DNA of 16,589 bases from Myxococcota bacterium (GCA_040260805.1 JBDQPD010000077.1:1-16589), one strand, 5' to 3'; numbered from the stretch's first letter, positions 1 through 7,603 are shown. The notes: generated from the letters alone by a model not told the origin. Numbers and translations: made by a program.

Positions 1-1
1 A

Positions 2-185
2 CCCACGAGACCGAATTCTTAACTTTTCTATCTGCGCTCTATTCTATCAGGCCACGTCGACCCTTGCTGATCGTTGGCTGGGTGTGCCGGGCGCGCCGGT
101 CCCCCCGCGCAAAGGATCTGCATGGGTCGACTTGCCGTGATCGATATGAGCGATGATCGAAAAGTTACGAATTCGGTCTCGTGGG
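2..185. repeat. 184-bp imperfect palindrome (single long hairpin/cruciform-capable element)
   Basis: Manual pairing of position i with 187-i gives 71 Watson-Crick pairs out of 92, with no indels. The outer 17 bp are perfect (CCCACGAGACCGAATTC 2-18 / GAATTCGGTCTCGTGGG 169-185) and the centre is GGCGCGCC (90-97). It ends 1 nt from the epimerase stop codon (187-189). Function unknown. Confidence 0.95.
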
Positions 186-186
186 A

Positions 187-1104
187 TCATCGTGCGTATT
201 CACCAAAAGTAGTGGCTAGCCCTTGAGCGAGGTTCGTTTGGGGTAACCAGCCCAACACAAGGCGTGCAAGTTTAGCATCCAATACGCTTCGAGCAACCTC
301 GCCAGCCCGGGCGGTCTCGTAGCGAACGTCTACGGGTTGATGACTCACGGTTTCGATCTGATCCACGAGCGACTTGACGCTCGTTTCTACCCCCGTGCCG
401 AGGTTGTAGACCGACTCAGCATCTTTTTGACGCAACATCAGGACCAGCGCTTCGACCACATCGCCGACGTACAGATAATCTCGTGTCGCCTCACCGCTAC
501 CGTAAATCGCCAGCGTCTGCCCTGCTGCATGACGACGGCAAAATATGGAGACGACCCCAGCCTCACCTTTCGGGCTCTGCCGCGGTCCGTAGACATTAGC
601 GAAGCGCAAGGCGCCAGTGCTCACTCCGTGCAAGCGACCAAACTGATCCCAGTAGACCTCCGCAGCAAGCTTCGCAGCGCCATAAGCGCTGATCGGCTCT
701 TTGGGATGACCTTCATCAGCTGCATCGCTTTGCTGCACACCATAAACGGCAGCGCTGCTGGCAAACGCTGCGCGCGTTAGGCTGCCACCAGCGCGCGCAG
801 CTTCAAGCATCGCGACGGTGCCCATCACATTGATTTTCGTGTCAACAACTGGCTGCTCGATGGATACCCGAACATCCACTTGGGCTGCCAAGTGAACTAA
901 GTGACTTGGCGCGAAGGCTGCGACGGCTTGAGCAGCCGGCTCGCTTGTGATGCATGAGTGAACGAACTGCACAGCATCGGGGACTTGCTCACGTAAGCCG
1001 GTGCTCAGATCATCAATGACCTGGACCTCGCAGCCGTCGCTCAGCAAGCGATCCACTAGGTGGGAACCGATAAATCCAGCTCCGCCTGTCACTGTGACGC
1101 GCAT
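187..1104 (-). CDS. NAD-dependent epimerase/dehydratase (extended SDR, UDP-glucose 4-epimerase-like)
   Basis: Rossmann motif [13 protein letters not shown], catalytic YxxxK (YGAAK), RFANVYGP and RDYLYVGD. Start set at ATG 1104 because the GGAGG Shine-Dalgarno is too close to ATG 1110. Confidence 0.93.
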   Translation of the reverse strand: MRVTVTGGAGFIGSHLVDRLLSDGCEVQVIDDLSTGLREQVPDAVQFVHSCITSEPAAQAVAAFAPSHLVHLAAQVDVRVSIEQPVVDTKINVMGTVAMLEAARAGGSLTRAAFASSAAVYGVQQSDAADEGHPKEPISAYGAAKLAAEVYWDQFGRLHGVSTGALRFANVYGPRQSPKGEAGVVSIFCRRHAAGQTLAIYGSGEATRDYLYVGDVVEALVLMLRQKDAESVYNLGTGVETSVKSLVDQIETVSHQPVDVRYETARAGEVARSVLDAKLARLVLGWLPQTNLAQGLATTFGEYAR

Positions 1105-1182
1105 ATGCATCCCTCCGCACTGCGAGCGGCTCTAAGCGTCAGCTTGCTCTAGGACAAGCATTACCCGACGTTGGGAAGTATC

Positions 1183-1893
1183 TTACTTACCTTCTTTTGA
1201 GGCGTCAGCCTTCTTGGCTTTTTCAGCCTTTTCAGTTCGCTCAACCGCGGCGTCTACGGCGGTCTTACCGTCAGCGGTTCGCGCTCCAGCCGTCTCTGCG
1301 TCGGCGATCACACCCTGCTTTGCGGTGTGCCAAGCGTCGATGGCGCCATCGCCATCATGATCAACGCCGATGCGTTCTAGTTTACCCTTTTCGTCAAAGT
1401 ACTCCCAGTAGTCGACTTTACCGTCGAGCTTGCTGTCTTGTTCTTTGCGGATCAGCGCGCCGTCTTCGAAATACTTCGTCAGGTCCGGCTGACCATCAAG
1501 GTTCATATCAAACGCTTCACGCACCAACTTACCTTCAGTGAAGCTGCGCACCACATCCTTCTTGCCATCAAAGTCGAGGTCGACGGTCTCAGAGGTCGGC
1601 TGGGCTTTGACGTCGTACAGACGCACAACATCGATTTTACCGTCCGCGTTGAGATCACTCTCGCGCTTCACGATAACCCGCTTGTCGCCGACATCTTTGA
1701 AGTGTTTGAAGATGTCCGGTTTGCCGTCGCCGTTGATATCGAGGCCCACGACCCCATCAGGAAGGACGACCTCTGGCTCTTCTTCCTCTTCTTCTTCAGC
1801 CGCCGCCTGAACGGGGGCTTTTTTCGGCGCAGTTTTACAGGCCGGAAGCAGTGCAAACGAGGCGATAACTAAGCTGACGGTGCTCAAGCGCAT
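1183..1893 (-). CDS. Predicted lipoprotein with six Dx[DN]xDGxxD repeats (putative Ca2+-binding)
   Basis: Signal peptide ending in a lipobox-like LPAC (Cys19), a poly-Glu linker, six DxxxDGxxD motifs spaced 24-28 aa apart, and GGGAG upstream of the ATG. Confidence 0.8.
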   Translation of the reverse strand: MRLSTVSLVIASFALLPACKTAPKKAPVQAAAEEEEEEEPEVVLPDGVVGLDINGDGKPDIFKHFKDVGDKRVIVKRESDLNADGKIDVVRLYDVKAQPTSETVDLDFDGKKDVVRSFTEGKLVREAFDMNLDGQPDLTKYFEDGALIRKEQDSKLDGKVDYWEYFDEKGKLERIGVDHDGDGAIDAWHTAKQGVIADAETAGARTADGKTAVDAAVERTEKAEKAKKADASKEGK

Positions 1894-1967
1894 GAGTCAC
1901 TCCCAATACAACGGTCGGAATGTGTGCCAAATCGACGCTCTCGGCAACACCTAAGAGCGAGCAAAGT

Positions 1968-2594
1968 TTACCGAAGGGGCGCACCCGTGCACGCCTGGAC
2001 ATCTTCGAGGCTTACGTCAGGCGCAAGTTCAACGACCCTGAAGTGATCGCCAGCGGGATCAAACACACCGAGGTCGGTGATCACGCGATCAACGCAGTTC
2101 ATCCCGGTAATCGGAAACTCGCAAGCGCTCAGCAGTTTGTGATCACCCCGCCGGCTCGCGTGAGTCATTACGACAACCACCCGCTTCGCGCCGGTCACGA
2201 GGTCCATGGCGCCGCCCATACCGGTGACCTTTTTACCCGGCACCTGCCAGTTCGCTAAATCGCCGTTGGCTGCAACCTGCATGCCGCCGAGAACCGCCAG
2301 ATCGACATGTCCACCCCGGATCATCGCAAAGCTCGTGGCCGAATCAAAGGTGGCCCCCCCCGGATTCAAGGTCACCGTTTGCTTTCCAGCGTTGATTAGC
2401 TGCGGATCCACCTGGTCCTCATGAGGATAAGGACCCATCCCCAACAAACCATTCTCACTGTGAATCATCACCTCAGCCTCGGCTGGAAGCAGATTAGCGA
2501 TCAGCGTCGGAATGCCAATCCCCAGATTAACGACGGTACGGTGTTCCACTTCCTGAGCAGCACGTCCCGCAATAGCCTCACGATCCCAAGCCAT
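1968..2594 (-). CDS. scoB: 3-oxoacid CoA-transferase subunit B (family I CoA-transferase beta subunit)
   Basis: VNLGIGIPT, catalytic SENG motif, MIRGGHVDLAVLGG, GDLANW and GMGGAMDLV. Start moved to ATG 2594 (MAWDREAIA) behind AGAGG; the longer ORF would overlap the divergent gene's start. Substrate specificity is not determinable. Confidence 0.9.
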   Translation of the reverse strand: MAWDREAIAGRAAQEVEHRTVVNLGIGIPTLIANLLPAEAEVMIHSENGLLGMGPYPHEDQVDPQLINAGKQTVTLNPGGATFDSATSFAMIRGGHVDLAVLGGMQVAANGDLANWQVPGKKVTGMGGAMDLVTGAKRVVVVMTHASRRGDHKLLSACEFPITGMNCVDRVITDLGVFDPAGDHFRVVELAPDVSLEDVQACTGAPLR

Positions 2595-2664
2595 AACGTC
2601 CCTCTTTCTAGCGACGTTCGACTTATGCTTGCGCCACCCTCGCTTGGCAACGCAGGAGTTAACC

Positions 2665-3171
2665 ATGGACGAACAGATTTTCCGCAGCCTTCAACCGTTC
2701 TTACTCGGACTCATCGGCGAACCAGGCTGGGCGCTGATCACGTCTTGGGCGCTGCCCGGTACGGTCTTGGTTGCAGCCGGTTTATGGGCACATCGTGAGC
2801 GTCGCTGGAAGACTCTGCTGATCTGCGTCTGCTGCGGTTTGCTTGGTGAATCGCTGAGCAGCCATGTGATCAAGCCGATCTTTGCCGTGGCGCGCCCTTG
2901 TCGAATCGAGGGGATGAGTCTGCTGGCGCGTTGTTCTTGGACCTACTCTATGCCCTCGAGTCATGCGGTCTCGATCGTGGCTGGTCTTTTGCCCCTCGCC
3001 CTCGCCTGGCGACGCGCCGCGTTCGGGCTTGGAGCCCTCGCCTTCTTGTTCATTGTGTCGCGCTCCGCTCTTGGAATGCACTGGCCATCAGATCTTCTGG
3101 TCGGTGCTTTATTCGGCGCAGTCATCGGAATTGTAGGTCATCGTTTGCAAAACCGGTTCGAGGCCAGGTGA
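2665..3171 (+). CDS. PAP2-family membrane phosphatase
   Basis: All three PAP2 motifs are present: K-x6-R-P (KPIFAVARP), PSSH and SR-x5-H-x3-D (SRSALGMHWPSD). Several hydrophobic helices; AGGAG precedes ATG 2665. Confidence 0.9.
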   Translation: MDEQIFRSLQPFLLGLIGEPGWALITSWALPGTVLVAAGLWAHRERRWKTLLICVCCGLLGESLSSHVIKPIFAVARPCRIEGMSLLARCSWTYSMPSSHAVSIVAGLLPLALAWRRAAFGLGALAFLFIVSRSALGMHWPSDLLVGALFGAVIGIVGHRLQNRFEAR

Positions 3172-3189
3172 CGGCCGCTTCCGTTCTTT

Positions 3190-3220
3190 GCTAGCCTCCC
3201 CTTCGCCAAGGGAGGCAAGC
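3190..3220 (+). promoter_or_regulatory. Hairpin sequestering the Shine-Dalgarno of the response regulator
   Basis: GCT-A-GCCTCCC (3190-3200) pairs with GGGAGGC-A-AGC (3210-3220). The 3' arm contains the GGAGG SD, 7 nt before ATG 3223. Confidence 0.5.
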
Positions 3221-3222
3221 TC

Positions 3223-3894
3223 ATGTCCGATGCGCCGATTCGAGTCTTCATCGTTGAAGACCAGCCCGCTATTCTCAAGGCTCAGATTAAAATCCTGAGC
3301 AACGCCAAAGAGCTTGAGATCATCGGCTCTGCGATGAGTGGGGAGCAGGCTCTAGCTGATATCCCGAAGGATGCTGATGTGATCCTTTGCGACCTTGGCT
3401 TACCGGGGATCGATGGGATCGAAGTCACCCGCCAGATCAAGGAACGCCAACCGGACACCGAGGTCCTGATCTTCACGATCTTTGAAGAGGAAGACAAAGT
3501 GCTCGGCGCGGTGCGCGCAGGAGCAGCCGGTTACCTGCTCAAAGGGGCAGAGCGCGCGACCATCATCAGCGCCATCCAAGACGTGAACGATGGCGGCTCG
3601 GTGATCCAACCCACGCTCGCTCGTTTGCTGATGGAACACTTCAAGATCGATACGGGCGCTTTTCGCCACGCCGATCCTAGCCTCGAGCCGCTTGAGTGCC
3701 CGCTCACCAATCGAGAGGTGGAAATCCTGCAGGTCATTAGTCGCGGCTTGTCCAACGCTGAAGCGGCGGGTGTTTTGGACCTCAGCCGCGCCACCGTCCG
3801 CACCCACCTTGAGCATATCTACGAGAAACTCGAGGTATCCAACCGAGTCGAGGCAGTGACCGAAGGCATCCGCCACGGCCTCATCGACCTCTAA
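3223..3894 (+). CDS. NarL/FixJ-family response regulator (REC + LuxR-type HTH)
   Basis: REC residues VEDQ, phospho-acceptor in LCDLGLPG, conserved T (IFT) and K (YLLKG). C-terminal LuxR HTH LTNREVEIL...GLSNAEAA...TVRTHLEHIYEKL. Confidence 0.95.
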   Translation: MSDAPIRVFIVEDQPAILKAQIKILSNAKELEIIGSAMSGEQALADIPKDADVILCDLGLPGIDGIEVTRQIKERQPDTEVLIFTIFEEEDKVLGAVRAGAAGYLLKGAERATIISAIQDVNDGGSVIQPTLARLLMEHFKIDTGAFRHADPSLEPLECPLTNREVEILQVISRGLSNAEAAGVLDLSRATVRTHLEHIYEKLEVSNRVEAVTEGIRHGLIDL

Positions 3895-3951
3895 AAACAC
3901 AGACTAGCTGCTGCGAGACGCGCTCTGAGCGCAGCGCCCTGTAGTTTTTTT
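3893..3951 (+). terminator. Probable intrinsic terminator
   Basis: GCTGCG (3910-3915) / CGCAGC (3930-3935) stem inside an outer AAAAACACAG / CTGTAGTTTTT pairing, ending in a T7 run (3945-3951) directly after the regulator stop codon. Confidence 0.5.
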
Positions 3952-4021
3952 CATTTTGACTGCTGTGAGGCCTGGCCTCAGGCACCTCCATCGGTTAAGC
4001 TGTGGTCTATGGAGGCCAGTT

Positions 4022-6343
4022 TTGCTCACCTACGCCGCTGCAGTTTTGATCATCGCTACGGGCCCACAGCTCCCAGCAGCCTCGTTATCGAACATCGCCA
4101 AGGCGTCCACGCCCAAAGCGACAACGGCTGCAGACAAAGGGCCTTTAGAGGCTAAGCAAAAGCCCAAAGCCAAAATCAAAACTAAGGTCAAAACTAAGCA
4201 CCTCCAAACCAGTGAACAACTGGCTAACTTGGCACAGCGGCTATCTGGGCATCGAGCCAGTAAAGCGGACATCGCTTGGCTCGAAAAAGCAGAAGCGGAC
4301 AAGACAAAGCCCAAGGCCTATCGGATCGCGGCTGCCGTTTTGCGAGCCGAGCAGGGCTTTGCGCACGCCAACCCTAAGGACGCCCAAGAGCGTTTCAGCC
4401 GACTGATTAAAGCCCACCCAGAGCTTGAGGATCTCCTCCAGTTGCGACTGGGGAGCCAAGCGCTCAAGGTCAAACTTTGGGAGGTCGCCGCTGAGGCGTT
4501 TCAAAACGCTGACAAGCGTGAGTGGCGCGGTTCAAGGCAACGCCTTGCGCGTCTCGGGCGCCTCCGAGCCCTCTACTACGGCAAGAAGTATAAAGCCGCA
4601 CGCAAAGCCCAGCGCCAATTTCGACGAGTCTGCACGAGCTGCATGGATGGTGGCACCGACGACGTCTTACTGATCGAAGCCCACCTTGAACTCTTGGAGG
4701 GCAAGAAGGGCAAAGCGCGTGCGCTGCTGACCCAGCTTGCAGATCGTTTTCCGGACCGAAGCGGCGGGGCTAAAGCTGATCTGCTGATTCAAGAGCATTT
4801 CCCTGGCGAGCCGCGAACGCTCGAACGGCGCCTGCGCAGCATTCGATACCAAGCCGGACGCAAGGGAGATCGCTGGGCGGTCAGCGAGCTACGAAAGCTA
4901 CAAACGAGGTATACAAAGCGACCGAAGCTACGCCTCGAAGTAGAATTAGTACTTGGCCGACAGTTGCGCCGCGTCGACCCGGTCGAGGGGGTCGCTCTGC
5001 TGGATCGCCTGCTCAGCGAGATGCCATCGAATCATGCTCGACGTGACACGCTCATGGCCGCTCGCAGGATGGTCCTGCCGCGCGTCGGACGCTTTGAAGA
5101 GACGGCGGACAATTACTTCGATCAAGCCTGGCGAACCAGCAGCACAAGCTACCGAATGGAGCGGCTTTTCTATACAGCCTGGAGCCTCTTTGGCGGCGGC
5201 CAATATGCCGATGCCGGGGAAATGTTTTCTTGGTTGATCGGTAGAAAAGGTCTCAAGCGCGAACTCAGTGAGCGCGCACGGTGGTATGCAGCCTGGAGTC
5301 TCTTTCGCGCCGGCGACTACACCCAAGCGCTGACCGCGTTTGACCGCTTGGTCACCAAGCGACCAGCCTGGGCAGCTCAGGCGACCTATTGGGCTGGGCG
5401 CGCAGCGATGGCCTCGGGACAAACTGAGAAGGGCATGTTGCGGTTTCAGGTGCTGCGCGACCGTTGGCCTCATACCCTTTACGGGCTTCGTGTGGCTTCG
5501 TTGCCTGCGGTCAGTCCTCAAGCCCCCTACCGACTCAGTGAGGCTAGACGAAAGGCTCTAGCTGATGGAAGCGACCGAACTCGACTTCGGCTAGCGGTAG
5601 CGGCGAATCTCTATGCGTCGCGCTGGACCCGTGGCGAAGCGCTGCGAGGGCGGACCCCCGTCGGTCCTGAGCAAGCGCTCCAATGGGGGACGGCGCTGCG
5701 CGATGCAGGCTCGCATCATGCAGCCTTTCTCGTGGCGACTCGTGCCCTTCGTTACATCGCGGGTTTACCCGGACAAAACCATCGGGCTCTTTGGGAGCTT
5801 GCTTATCCACGACCCTGGTTTGCTCGTTGCGACGGATGCGCCGAAATGGATCAGGTCCCGGTCGCCTTAGTCTATTCGATCATGCGTGAAGAAAGTCAGT
5901 TTAGACCAGCGGTTGAGAGCCCCGCCGAGGCGGTAGGTTTGATGCAAATCATCCCCCCAACAGCGGCGCTGATCGCGGCTCGTCTTGAGGGACGCAAGGT
6001 CGATCCCAACGCACTCGATGACCCCAATCACAACATCGCTTTAGGCACCTGGTATTTGGCGAAGCTCGCTCAGCGCTATGACCACCAGCTTCCCTTAGTC
6101 ATGGCAGCTTACAACGCCGGGCCGTCAGCTGCCGATGGCTGGATTCGACGAGCTGACTCGCTTAAGATGGATCTGACTCAGTTCATGGAAGAGGTCCCCT
6201 ACAAGGAGACTCGTGGCTACGTGAAGCGCGTCAGTCGGAGCCTAACGATCTACCGCATGCTCTACGGACTCGAGCGCGGCATCTTCTCGCCGATGGTTCA
6301 AGGCCTGGTGCAGAATCACATCACCGGCGACATCACGTTCTAA
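4022..6343 (+). CDS. Soluble lytic murein transglycosylase (Slt70-like; TPR/helical N-terminus + SLT domain)
   Basis: SLT motifs IMREES (catalytic Glu), AVGLMQI, AAYNAG and ETRGYV, with TPR-like helical repeats upstream. Start is uncertain: TTG 4022 has GGAGG 6 nt upstream and opens a signal-like hydrophobic segment; the ORF track gives TTG 3956. Confidence 0.9.
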   Translation: MLTYAAAVLIIATGPQLPAASLSNIAKASTPKATTAADKGPLEAKQKPKAKIKTKVKTKHLQTSEQLANLAQRLSGHRASKADIAWLEKAEADKTKPKAYRIAAAVLRAEQGFAHANPKDAQERFSRLIKAHPELEDLLQLRLGSQALKVKLWEVAAEAFQNADKREWRGSRQRLARLGRLRALYYGKKYKAARKAQRQFRRVCTSCMDGGTDDVLLIEAHLELLEGKKGKARALLTQLADRFPDRSGGAKADLLIQEHFPGEPRTLERRLRSIRYQAGRKGDRWAVSELRKLQTRYTKRPKLRLEVELVLGRQLRRVDPVEGVALLDRLLSEMPSNHARRDTLMAARRMVLPRVGRFEETADNYFDQAWRTSSTSYRMERLFYTAWSLFGGGQYADAGEMFSWLIGRKGLKRELSERARWYAAWSLFRAGDYTQALTAFDRLVTKRPAWAAQATYWAGRAAMASGQTEKGMLRFQVLRDRWPHTLYGLRVASLPAVSPQAPYRLSEARRKALADGSDRTRLRLAVAANLYASRWTRGEALRGRTPVGPEQALQWGTALRDAGSHHAAFLVATRALRYIAGLPGQNHRALWELAYPRPWFARCDGCAEMDQVPVALVYSIMREESQFRPAVESPAEAVGLMQIIPPTAALIAARLEGRKVDPNALDDPNHNIALGTWYLAKLAQRYDHQLPLVMAAYNAGPSAADGWIRRADSLKMDLTQFMEEVPYKETRGYVKRVSRSLTIYRMLYGLERGIFSPMVQGLVQNHITGDITF

Positions 6344-6359
6344 GGATGGACGGGTTGGC

Positions 6360-6380
6360 GAGCGATCCTGTGGATCGCTT
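6360..6380. terminator. Hairpin between convergent genes (possible bidirectional terminator)
   Basis: AGCGATCC-TGT-GGATCGCT, a perfect 8-bp stem (6361-6379) in the 66-bp gap between convergent stops. No strong U-tract. Confidence 0.4.
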
Positions 6381-6409
6381 CTCACCTCATACCGTATCGA
6401 TAAATCCGC

Positions 6410-6811
6410 TCAGGGAGCGGTGCGGAATCGCTTGTTGATCGTGGCGTCCAAGGTCTCGCCTGACGCGCTCTTCAAGGTTCCAAGGATGTGCAGCTCATAG
6501 GCTGTGTCGCTCGCCAAAGATGCGCCCGGTGCGATCGAGAGCACACGCTTGTCGCCGGTCAACGCTATCTTCGTTGCCGTCACATCGGCACCGTCAGCGT
6601 CCTTGAGCATCACACCCGCCTCGATCGTCGACTCATCAACCTCTTGGCTGAGAACGACGAACAGTTCCACGTCCGGATCCACGTTGACCGCACCACCGCT
6701 CGGGCTGGTGTCAAGGATCACAAAGCCCGAATCAATTTGAACGGAAGTACCGCAAGCAGCGGCACTCATAAGTCCTAGACAGGCAAACATGCTGAGCATC
6801 AGCCGGCGCAT
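6410..6811 (-). CDS. Small lipoprotein with a bacterial Ig-like (Big_5/SbsA-like) domain
   Basis: Signal peptide ending in AAAC-G. Pattern DTSPSGGAVNVD...SQEVDESTI...P...LASDTAYEL...LKSASGETL...FRT is typical of Big_5 domains. GGAG SD precedes ATG 6811. Confidence 0.8.
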   Translation of the reverse strand: MRRLMLSMFACLGLMSAAACGTSVQIDSGFVILDTSPSGGAVNVDPDVELFVVLSQEVDESTIEAGVMLKDADGADVTATKIALTGDKRVLSIAPGASLASDTAYELHILGTLKSASGETLDATINKRFRTAP

Positions 6812-6976
6812 AATCAATCTCCATCAGCGGGGGACGTCATTCAACAAACCCGCCATGAGGTCAATCATTCCATAGCTTAAGAGTTCGCGCCAGACTCTGT
6901 TCATCTTAAGTTAGGTCCCCCATTTGCCTGAAGACAATCGGATGCCGATTCGCTAGCAGGCGCTGACGGAGTCCTC

Positions 6977-7603
6977 ATGTCTATGCCGCAGGGGCGCCTA
7001 GTGCGCATCCATCCCGACCACCCGGAGCCTCGAAAAATCGAGCGGGCCGCGGACGCCCTTGGCGATGGCCGGTTGATCGGATGGCCTACGGACACGGGGT
7101 ATGCGCTGGCTTGCGGCCTCTACAATCGCCGAGGATTAGACCTGTTGCGAAAGCTCAGAGGGCTCGATGCCAAGCATCCCTTTACCTTCGCCGTCGCCAA
7201 CTTGAGTCGTATCACCCACTACGGTGTCGTCGAAAATCGAGACTTTGGTTACCTTAAGCGCATGCTGCCTGGCCCCTACACTATTGTTCTACGATCGACG
7301 AAGGTTGTCCCTCGCATCTTGCACAACAAACGCAAGGCGGTGGGCGTACGCGTCATCAACCACCCCGTCTCTCAGGCGCTGATCGAAGCCTGTGGAGAAG
7401 CGATTATTACCACGTCCGCTGTCACTGAAGGTCGGCACCTCGCCTACCCCGAGGAAATTAAGGATGTCTTTGGCCACGCCCTAGACCAGATCCTCGACGT
7501 CGAGTACCTGCCTGCCAACGAGAGCTCTGTTATCGACTTGAGCGGTACCCATCCAAAGGTGCTGCGCGAAGGCTTAGGAGATTTATCATGGTTCGAGCAC
7601 TAA
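6977..7603 (+). CDS. yciO: Sua5/YciO/YrdC-family protein, YciO-like paralogue of threonylcarbamoyl-AMP synthase
   Basis: N-terminal IHPDHPEPR and PTDTGYALAC match the YciO subtype; also LPGPYTIVL, VGVRV, SSVIDL and LREGLGD. Lacks the canonical TsaC KxR and SAN motifs. Confidence 0.85.
   Translation: MSMPQGRLVRIHPDHPEPRKIERAADALGDGRLIGWPTDTGYALACGLYNRRGLDLLRKLRGLDAKHPFTFAVANLSRITHYGVVENRDFGYLKRMLPGPYTIVLRSTKVVPRILHNKRKAVGVRVINHPVSQALIEACGEAIITTSAVTEGRHLAYPEEIKDVFGHALDQILDVEYLPANESSVIDLSGTHPKVLREGLGDLSWFEH

Noticed and set aside
2..185. 6S RNA, integron attC site or simple terminator as the identity of the long hairpin
   Set aside because: The length resembles 6S RNA, but there is no large central bubble and no G-U pair. 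For attC, the TAAC/GTTA cores do not fit RYYYAAC/GTTRRRY, pairing extends beyond them, and there are no extrahelical bases. It is far too long for a terminator and has no U-tract.
337..780. 147-aa plus-strand ORF and similar shadow ORFs (1438-1872, 3400-3900, 4946-5521, 9264-9839, 11713-12474, 14276-14896)
   Set aside because: They lie antisense to well-supported genes and show no motifs; such frames are expected in GC-rich DNA.
1912..1930. Sigma54-like TTGGCAC on the minus strand upstream of the repeat lipoprotein
   Set aside because: The -12 TTGC element is absent at the required spacing (reads TGGCACACATTCCG).
2595..2666. N-terminal extensions of the scoB ORF (to 2666) and the PAP2 ORF (from 2629)
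   Set aside because: They would overlap head to head; both genes have good SD-ATG pairs at 2594 and 2665.
4178..4199. CAAAACTAAG tandem repeat in the transglycosylase 5' region
   Set aside because: It only encodes the low-complexity Lys/Thr linker KIKTKVKTK; it is not an array or mobile element end.
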